Shown here piece after piece: positions 56,985-64,000 of a DNA stretch of 64,000 bases. The stretch comes from Armatimonadota bacterium (lineage in GTDB: Bacteria; Armatimonadota; Zipacnadia; Zipacnadales; UBA5352). A program made the translations under genes and the position numbers. Where the stretch lies: the NCBI GenBank assembly GCA_050942735.1, contig JBMNNW010000007.1, forward strand, positions 13,086 through 77,085. The letters run 5' to 3'. Every line of letters begins with the position of its first letter. The first letter of the stretch is position 1. A model generated the notes under the pieces. It saw only the letters and a list, made by a program, of their open reading frames with translations. It had not been told where the DNA came from and made no database searches.

Positions 56985-58304
56985 ATGAGTTCAGCGAGCA
57001 AGAAAGCTACCACTCTTATCTCCAAACTGCGAGCGAAGAGTTCCGCATCCCGCGACAACGTACTCTCCGACCTGGTCGAACTGGGCCCGGACGCGGTGGA
57101 GCCGCTGATGGAGGCGCTCGACCACAAGGACTACAAGGTCCGGATGGCCGTCGCCGAGGCGCTCGGCCTGCTTCGGGATGAACGAGCCATCCCCCCACTG
57201 ATCGATGCACTCAGCGACTCGAGCAAGAACACCCAGGAGGCCGCCGCCGACGCGCTCGCAGAGATCGGCGGCGCGGCCGTCCCGGCACTGCTCGACGCGC
57301 TCATCGGCAGCGACCAGGCGGCGCGCAAGTGGGCCGCCGAAGCGCTTGGAAGCATCGGCGACGCCTCCGTCGCGCAGGAGCTGATGAAACGGCTCAATGA
57401 CCCGAACATCGAGGTGCAGCGCGCAGCCGTGACGGCGCTTGGCGACCTCAAGAGCAAGCGCGCGATTGACCCGCTCATCGGCGTGCTGCGCGAGGACAAC
57501 GTGGACCTCGCGAAAGCGGCCGCCGAGGCGCTGGGGAAGATCCGCAGCGAGGTGGCGATCGAGCCGCTCATCGAGGCGCTCGCCTCCCCGAGCATCGACG
57601 TGCGGACGGCCGCCGCAAGCTCACTGCAGCGCGTGGGGTCGGCCGCGGTGCCGAAGCTCATCGAGGCGGTTCGCGAGGGTGACTCGCTGCTGCGCCGCTG
57701 GGGCGTCGAGGTGCTGGGCGAGATCTCCGACGACCGTGCGCTGGAGATGCTGGTGGAGTCGCTCGACGACGTGAATGAGCGGGTGGTCCGCTACGCGGCC
57801 GTCGCACTCGGGCGGCTGGGCAAGGAGTCGAGCATCAAGTATCTCGAGCCGCTGCTCGACCACGAGAACAAGGACATCCGCTACGCCGCCGTCGAGGGGC
57901 TCTCGGGCACGTGCAGCTACCGCGCGGTGGATGCGGTGGCCCGCTGCCTTGAGGACGAGGACTGGGTGGTCCGGATGACCGCCGCCTGCGGCCTCGGGGA
58001 GATCGGGTCGCGAACCTGCGTGGAGCCGCTGCTGAAGGCTCTGGAGGACTCCGAGTGGAGTGTCCGGCGCCACGCAGCACTCTCGCTGGGGCGCGTGGGC
58101 GTCAAGAAGCGCGCGGTCGAGGCGCTCGTGGAGAGGCTCAAAGACCCCAAGGAACTCGTCCGAAGCGGCGCCGCGGAGGCGCTCGGGGAGCTTGGGGCCG
58201 AGGAGGCCATCCCGGACCTTGAGAGGCTGCTCACCGACGATGACCCGAAGGTCGTTGCGGCCGCCGAGGACGCGCTGATGAGGCTGGGCGTGGAGCTGGA
58301 GTAG
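56985..58304 (+). CDS. HEAT (PBS-lyase-like) repeat protein
   Basis: More than 10 repeats of VR.AAA.ALG.IG...A..PLI.AL.D; no other domain. Confidence 0.93.
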   Translation: MSSASKKATTLISKLRAKSSASRDNVLSDLVELGPDAVEPLMEALDHKDYKVRMAVAEALGLLRDERAIPPLIDALSDSSKNTQEAAADALAEIGGAAVPALLDALIGSDQAARKWAAEALGSIGDASVAQELMKRLNDPNIEVQRAAVTALGDLKSKRAIDPLIGVLREDNVDLAKAAAEALGKIRSEVAIEPLIEALASPSIDVRTAAASSLQRVGSAAVPKLIEAVREGDSLLRRWGVEVLGEISDDRALEMLVESLDDVNERVVRYAAVALGRLGKESSIKYLEPLLDHENKDIRYAAVEGLSGTCSYRAVDAVARCLEDEDWVVRMTAACGLGEIGSRTCVEPLLKALEDSEWSVRRHAALSLGRVGVKKRAVEALVERLKDPKELVRSGAAEALGELGAEEAIPDLERLLTDDDPKVVAAAEDALMRLGVELE

Positions 58305-58347
58305 CGCGGCGAATTCCGCCGGAGCCGCCCGTGAGGGGGGCCTGAAA

Positions 58348-59214
58348 GTGGAGCAGCGTGGATGTGGATGCGGGAACAGTATTGCGGCGATCATCATTGC
58401 GATGGTCGCCGCACTTGCTATTGCAGGGTACTACCACTGGGAGACCGCGCAGAGGGAGCAGGCGCGAGCCGAGGCGTCTCAAAGACAGCGGCTTCGCGAG
58501 CACCAGGTGCGCGCGGTCGTGGATGATCTGAACGAGGCCGAGCGGTGGCTGGAGGAGGGGGAGCCGAGGATGGTGCTCACCATCCTCCGGCACATGGATG
58601 AGAAGCTGCAGATCGTCGCCTCCTTCACGAACCTGACGGGCGACGCCGAGGACGCGCAGAGGATCGCGACGCTGCGGGACCCGGTGAGGCGGGCGATCGC
58701 CGCCACCACGAACGCCGCCGATGACCCCGAGGGGCTGCAGACCGTCCGGGACTCGTTCGCTGACATACGCGCGGCGTTCGCCCGTGACGCGATGGTCGAG
58801 CCCGCGGAGCTGGATGCGGGCTCCAGCCCGCGTTCTGCGCAGACCGCCGCGAGCGCGCGCGACGCCGCAAGCGAGGAAAGACGGCTCGTGCGCCGGCGGC
58901 AGCTTGAGGCGGTGGCCGGCGACATCGACGAGGCCGCGCGGTTTGTCGCGGACGGTCATCCGCAGTACGCGCTTGAGAAGCTGCAGGAGATGGAGCAGAA
59001 GCTTCATCTGGTGGCTTCGGCAGCCCGCGCCTCGGGCGACGCCGATGACGCGGAGCGTGTTCTCGGACTCCACGGACGGGTGGTGGAGGCAGGCGCGCGG
59101 ATCGAGGGCGCCGAGGGGGAAAGCGAGCGCCTGGAGGCCGCCGAGACGGCTCTGGCCGACCTGAGGAGCGTGTTTGCGGAGTATCGGCAGGACGAGGGGA
59201 CGACCGGCGACTGA
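58348..59214 (+). CDS. Single-TM protein with two copies of the helical domain found in 55991-56770
   Basis: TM helix, then two M(D/E)(E/Q)K..(I/L)VAS.....GDA(E/D)DA(Q/E)R repeats. Confidence 0.8.
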   Translation: MEQRGCGCGNSIAAIIIAMVAALAIAGYYHWETAQREQARAEASQRQRLREHQVRAVVDDLNEAERWLEEGEPRMVLTILRHMDEKLQIVASFTNLTGDAEDAQRIATLRDPVRRAIAATTNAADDPEGLQTVRDSFADIRAAFARDAMVEPAELDAGSSPRSAQTAASARDAASEERRLVRRRQLEAVAGDIDEAARFVADGHPQYALEKLQEMEQKLHLVASAARASGDADDAERVLGLHGRVVEAGARIEGAEGESERLEAAETALADLRSVFAEYRQDEGTTGD

Positions 59215-59440
59215 GACTGTGGCGGTTGCTTCGCGGCGTTGTACGACCCGCGAGGGCAGCGCGGCAGCACCGGCCCTGGGTTACGTGAGCAGGTGTGCCC
59301 GCGATCCGTGGTGTTCGACTGATGGTCGATGGCGTGCTACTGCGATGGAGGGCGGCTCGCGCAGTAGCGCAGACCTGCAACCTGCACAACCAGGCCCGAT
59401 CCGGCTGGCCCACTGCAGGGCCGATCGGCGTCGGGGAAGG

Positions 59441-61174
59441 TCAGAAGAGGGTGAAGCTCTTCGCGATGGCAGCAAGGTCCGGGGCCGCCTCGGCACGCAG
59501 CTCATCGCTCGTCGTGAGGCTCAGCACCCACAGCACACCGTCGCGCAGGAAGAACTTCGTCTGACAGTGCAGGCCCGCCCGGGAGCTGATCGTCTCCGTC
59601 CGCAGTATGCCGCGGCTGGGCGCTCCCGGCAGCACCGGCGTCTGCATCAACGCGTCCTGGAAGCTTCCCTGCCAGTACAGCTCCACGAGCTGCTCGAGCC
59701 TCACCCGATCAGGAGCCCAGGCCGCCCGCAGGTGTGCGAGAACGGGCCGGTAGCGGTGGCGCATCAGCAGCGACGAGGAATCGTCGGTCGCCACGAAGTC
59801 CCAGCAGGCCGGCAGTTCGAGGCTCACTCGCATCTCAGGGTCGAAGAAGGTTCGTCCGGTTGCAGGAGGCATCAGCGCCGGGCCCGGGAGCCGCTCGGGC
59901 GCGCTTCTCCCCGCCAGCCGGAACGCCTCGCGCACCAGGTCGCTCATCAGGCCGCGCCGGGCGGCGACGAGATTCCCCTTCAGACGCTCAACCATCAGTT
60001 CGCATTCCAGCGCCTGCGCCCGCGCCTCCATCCCCAGCCCGCGGTAGGCCTCCGGCAGGCCCTCTTTCGCGGACTGGCTTGCAGGGTCGTGCGCCAGCGC
60101 CGCCTGGAAGTACTGCAGCGCGGGCGTGAACTCCTCCTTCTCCAGCAGGATCTCACCCGCACGGCCCCAAGCGGCCGCCGCCGCGAGTGAATCGCCACGC
60201 CGCTGGAGCGTCTCAGCAAGCCGCGCCTGGTAGGAGGCGTTCCGGGGGGCCAACTCCGTCGCCCGCGACAGATGCCGCACCGCGTCATCCAGCCGACCGG
60301 TCGCCAGCGGCACCTGCGCGAGCATGTACGCCTCATGCGCCTTCGCGTTGCGGTAGCTCTCCACCTGGCTGAGCCCCTCGATCCTCCCCGACTGGCAGAT
60401 GCGTGTGTTCGGGTCGGCGTCATCGTACACCGCCAGCAGGTTCACCAGCGACCGAGCGGGCGCAACGATGGTCGAGCCGCGGTAGTAAAGCCCCGTCGAG
60501 CTGCCGCCGTCGAGGTTGATCGCGTACACGCAGCCGAGGCCCTTCATTATCTTCGCAAGCTCCCAGAGGCTCACGCTCTCGCGCGTGGCGACCATCAGCA
60601 GCTTGTTCTTCGCCGTGAGCCCGACCGCCGTGCGGCTCGCGCGGCCCAGCACCCGCGGGTCGCGGAAGTTCTCGTGTGCGGGAGCCAGCGCCACATTCCC
60701 GTTCTCAAGCAGCATCGGCCCGGCCGCCATCACCGTCTCAAAGGGCCCCCAGTCCTGCTTCCGCCCCCACGGAATCCGCCGGAAGCTCGCGCGGTTGTCC
60801 GGCGTGATCGCCAGCGCCGAGCCCATCCCGCCGAAATGCACCAGCCTCCCGTCGATCATGATGTCCCCGACCGGCAGCATGCTCGTCTTCGAGAAGAACG
60901 TTCCCGTGATCGCCGCTACCGGCCGCTCGCGCGCGCAGATGCTGCCCAACGGCTCCGCACCGCCGGGGTAGCGCAGCGACAGCACCGGGGTGACCTTCAC
61001 GGACGGACTGCCGAGGTTCACCTGCACCACGTGGCAGCCGAAGCCGTTGACAAACTCAACGCGGTAGCCGACGGAGCCGGCGTGTGCGGGTGTGACGAGG
61101 AGAAGCGCGAGCGCGGCGAGCGCGACGGTTGCACCTGCTGCGGAGAGACTGCGGCGGCGAGTGGGCTGCAGCAC
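59441..61174 (-). CDS. Exported phosphodiester glycosidase (NAGPA-like) + TPR protein
   Basis: Signal peptide, ITGTFF, AGPMLL, SRTAVG, AINLDGGSS, then TPR-like helices. Confidence 0.87.
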   Translation of the reverse strand: MLQPTRRRSLSAAGATVALAALALLLVTPAHAGSVGYRVEFVNGFGCHVVQVNLGSPSVKVTPVLSLRYPGGAEPLGSICARERPVAAITGTFFSKTSMLPVGDIMIDGRLVHFGGMGSALAITPDNRASFRRIPWGRKQDWGPFETVMAAGPMLLENGNVALAPAHENFRDPRVLGRASRTAVGLTAKNKLLMVATRESVSLWELAKIMKGLGCVYAINLDGGSSTGLYYRGSTIVAPARSLVNLLAVYDDADPNTRICQSGRIEGLSQVESYRNAKAHEAYMLAQVPLATGRLDDAVRHLSRATELAPRNASYQARLAETLQRRGDSLAAAAAWGRAGEILLEKEEFTPALQYFQAALAHDPASQSAKEGLPEAYRGLGMEARAQALECELMVERLKGNLVAARRGLMSDLVREAFRLAGRSAPERLPGPALMPPATGRTFFDPEMRVSLELPACWDFVATDDSSSLLMRHRYRPVLAHLRAAWAPDRVRLEQLVELYWQGSFQDALMQTPVLPGAPSRGILRTETISSRAGLHCQTKFFLRDGVLWVLSLTTSDELRAEAAPDLAAIAKSFTLF

Positions 61175-61260
61175 CTGGAGCCTCCTCAGAGTCCGATGAT
61201 GGCGCCTTCACTTCTTTGACGACGTCGCACGGCCTCAGGTTTTCACCCGATGCCACGGAC

Positions 61261-62862
61261 TCACCTCTCAGCACCCCGCCCCCGCCACGAAAGATCGGCG
61301 CCTCGCGCGACCTCCGCCGTGATCAGCGCGCCCATGCACTCGATGCCCTCCTCGCGCGCGCTCAGGGCGCGGGAGACGCCGTCGAAGCCGTCGAAATGAT
61401 AGAAGATCGACCGCGCGCCTGACCGCGCAAGCTCTGAAGCGCGCTGAAGCGCCCGATCGGCGTCCTGCGAGGGGTGGATCGCCGCGACGATCTCACGCGG
61501 CCAGCCCTCGAGGGAGATCGGCACCCCGCTGATGCTCGAGTACATCGGGGCCCGCGCAGCCGCGGGGACGATGATCGTCAGCTCGTCGCGATGCTCGGCC
61601 GCGAACGCCGCGATCTCGCTCAGCGGCGCCTCCGACCAGGCCAGCGGCGCCCCTGGCACAGGGGCCTCCACCAGCGGCGGACTGACGAAGAGGTATCTCA
61701 CGTCCAGCCGCGCGACCGCCTCCTCCATCGCGGGGCGCGCCCCGCCGGGCGTGTCGCCGCTGACCACAAGCACCGGCTCGATCCCGACCTCGCGCAGGGC
61801 CTCCACCGCCGCGCCATCCGCGACGCCCCCGGAGGCGTCGTGCGGCGCCAGCGCCATGTTCAGCTTCATCCGCGCCAGCTTCCTCGCGGCGTTCGCGCTC
61901 GTGGCCGCGGCCGACAGCCCGTGATCGGAGCCGATCCGCCACGGCAGCGCGGGAGCCTCGCGCGCATCCACCGCCACGACCCGCGCCCCACCACCGGGGT
62001 CGGCGCGGATCAGGTCCAGCAGCGTCATCATCCCGCGGAAGGCGCCCTCCTCGGCCGGAGCGGCGATCGTCACTCCGGCCTCGCCCACGCTCAGCCGGTA
62101 TGACTCGCGCTCCGGCCACCCGGTCGCCTGCGGCTCATCCACCGAAACGCTGACCGCCCCCGCCACGCGCGTGGTGGGCGCGCCGGTGAGGTCCTCGATC
62201 GCCTCCTGCAACATCCGTGCCGCAACGGGCAGGAGGCTCGGCCTGAAATCCGCATCAACTCGCAGGCCCTCTCCGCTCGCCAGCAGCAGGTCGCTCCCTG
62301 AGTAGTCCGGCCTGCGGGCGTGGTGTGCCGCGACCGGCCGCGCGATGGTCACGCGATCGACCAGTGCGCGCCCGCCGCTCTCCCCCACCACGCGGACCAT
62401 CAACTCCGCCGGCCCGCCCGTGCCACTGTCAAATGCCTGCGCGAGCACGCCGCGCTCGATACCCCCCACCACGACCTCCGCCAGCACCACGCCGTCGGCC
62501 GCCCGCGTCAGCGTCGCGACCACCGCGCACTCGGTGTTGGTGTGGCAGGTGGCGAGCATCCGGAGGCTCAGACTGCGGTTCGGCGGCAGCTCCACCACCT
62601 GCATCACGCCGCCGTCGCCCTCATCGAGCAGTTGCAGGAAGAGCGAGTACTCTCCGGCGTCATGCAGCCTGCGGTGCATCCGAAACGCGCCCGGCAGCGG
62701 CCGCCACCTGTCGGCGTAGGACATCCCACCGCTCTCGAACGACGAGTTCTCGACGACCCCGAGGTCCCGCTCGGGCGCCTGCGGCCCGACAAACACCTCC
62801 GCGCCCGCAACCGTGCAGGCGACCATCACAGCCAGCAACACCACCGTCATCCTGCCTGTCAT
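61261..62862 (-). CDS. Exported protein with CBM-like and GH20 domain-2-like regions
   Basis: Signal peptide, NSSFESG, ESYRLSV...GAFRGMMTLLDL...PALPWR; catalytic barrel looks degenerate. Confidence 0.68.
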   Translation of the reverse strand: MTGRMTVVLLAVMVACTVAGAEVFVGPQAPERDLGVVENSSFESGGMSYADRWRPLPGAFRMHRRLHDAGEYSLFLQLLDEGDGGVMQVVELPPNRSLSLRMLATCHTNTECAVVATLTRAADGVVLAEVVVGGIERGVLAQAFDSGTGGPAELMVRVVGESGGRALVDRVTIARPVAAHHARRPDYSGSDLLLASGEGLRVDADFRPSLLPVAARMLQEAIEDLTGAPTTRVAGAVSVSVDEPQATGWPERESYRLSVGEAGVTIAAPAEEGAFRGMMTLLDLIRADPGGGARVVAVDAREAPALPWRIGSDHGLSAAATSANAARKLARMKLNMALAPHDASGGVADGAAVEALREVGIEPVLVVSGDTPGGARPAMEEAVARLDVRYLFVSPPLVEAPVPGAPLAWSEAPLSEIAAFAAEHRDELTIIVPAAARAPMYSSISGVPISLEGWPREIVAAIHPSQDADRALQRASELARSGARSIFYHFDGFDGVSRALSAREEGIECMGALITAEVARGADLSWRGRGAER

Positions 62863-62908
62863 CAGCTCACCAACCTCCCGGCCCGCCACGATGCACCGAC
62901 GCGCCCCG

Positions 62909-63361
62909 TCAGTAGTACGCCGCCTCAGCGCCCTGCCAGCCCGTCGCACTGACCACCATCCAGCGCCCGCCCTCGCGCCGCAACTGCGCGCTGACGGTCA
63001 GGCGCGTCATCTCGGCACCGTTCACATCAACTCTGGCCGTGAACCGCGCGGTGTCGCCGGTCACCTCGACCTCCGGCACCTGCACCGACAGGTTCACCCG
63101 GCGCCGGTCGCGCGCTCCCGCGATGACCATCCGCTGGACCATCCGGTAGTTGAACCCGTGCGGGTCCTCGTAGTCCTCGGAGATGTGCTCCATCACTCCC
63201 GAGACCCGCCCCTGCTCAACCGCCTGCTTCACGTCCACGACCATCCGGAGGATCTGCTCGCGGTCGGTCCCCTGGCGCGGCGGGCGGTAGATGGCGAAGT
63301 AGTAGTACGCCCCGCTGATGATGGCAATGACCAGTGCGATCAGGACTGCGCGGCGGTCCAC
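62909..63361 (-). CDS. Membrane-anchored NTF2/SnoaL-like protein
   Basis: AGGAGG RBS plus GTG; TM, ISEDYED, VEVTGDTA, LRREGGRWMV. Confidence 0.78.
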   Translation of the reverse strand: MDRRAVLIALVIAIISGAYYYFAIYRPPRQGTDREQILRMVVDVKQAVEQGRVSGVMEHISEDYEDPHGFNYRMVQRMVIAGARDRRRVNLSVQVPEVEVTGDTARFTARVDVNGAEMTRLTVSAQLRREGGRWMVVSATGWQGAEAAYY

Positions 63362-63532
63362 ACCGATGCACCTCCTTGCGCTCCGCACAAGGGGTTCACC
63401 GTCCGTCGGCGCCCTTCCTGCCACCGGGACCGCCGGCCGCGGAATCAGGAAGCCCGCGCCACGAGGACGATTGCCCCGTTGCGCGGGCTTCCGATTGCTC
63501 AACATCTCACGGCCGCAGCCTTCGCTCCCGGC

Positions 63533-64000
63533 TCAGAACACGACCGGGTACTTGTTGAAGCCCTCGCCCCCGTACGAAGCGATGAGGCTCCAGACCGTGC
63601 CCGCCGCGAAGAACTCGCCGACCATTATCCCGAGGAAGAAGGGGATCAGGCGGTTGTACGCCCCCATCCCGCCGATCCGCAGGGTGGCCGACTTGATCAG
63701 CGTGACGAGGATCAGCATGCCCCAGCCGTTCTCGGCCGCGCCGGTGAAAGCGAACACGAAGCCCATCGGATGCAGCGGGAATTGCACGAAGAGCCGCCGC
63801 AGTAATGCCAGCAGCACCGTCCCGCCAATCCCCACTCCCATCGCCACCTGGTGCGATCGGTTCGGCTCCTGCTCGCCCCGCATCCAGCCGGCGAGCGAGT
63901 TGTACGCCGCGTTCATGAGGTTGACCCGCGCCCCGCCGGAGGTCGCTCCACCCTCAAGCACGTTCGAACCGTAGTCGTAGGCGGTCCCGATGTGCAGCCA
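63533..64000 (-). CDS. DUF6784/DUF6785-type polytopic membrane protein, 5' partial
   Basis: FPLHPMGF, IK..TLRIGG..AYNRLIPFFLG; frame continues beyond the window edge. Family name from recall. Confidence 0.72.
   Translation of the reverse strand, partial: WLHIGTAYDYGSNVLEGGATSGGARVNLMNAAYNSLAGWMRGEQEPNRSHQVAMGVGIGGTVLLALLRRLFVQFPLHPMGFVFAFTGAAENGWGMLILVTLIKSATLRIGGMGAYNRLIPFFLGIMVGEFFAAGTVWSLIASYGGEGFNKYPVVF

Overview
High-GC bacterial chromosomal window, about 55 protein-coding genes, with no rRNA, tRNA or CRISPR array seen. Two prepilin/H-X9-DG proteins, a PEP-CTERM protein and a DUF6784/6785-type membrane protein suggest an anaerobic Armatimonadota-like lineage (inference). Housekeeping genes are topA, holB, purL, panC-panD-nadC and leuA; leuA sits behind a clear Leu (CUG) T-box riboswitch. 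A trimeric group A3 [FeFe]-hydrogenase operon (hydA-hydC-pseudoreceiver-hydB) is followed by the maturases hydG-hydF-hydE, and both units carry Rex-type operators. The best candidate for an undescribed system is a tightly coupled 7-gene locus at 42855-50204: a GlmL-like ASKHA ATPase with no mutase nearby, a barrel-sandwich/KOW protein, four membrane or exported proteins and a signal-peptide methyltransferase. Other leads are a phospho-dead receiver inside the hydrogenase operon, a C-rich-loop sRNA candidate behind four 11-bp-phased GTTAAG boxes, a 258-bp inverted-repeat element, a HEAT protein flanked by two paralogs sharing a novel helical repeat, a low-GC Schlafen/AlbA_2 gene and a ~990-aa multidomain GNAT. 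All family calls come from motif recognition by eye, not from database searches.
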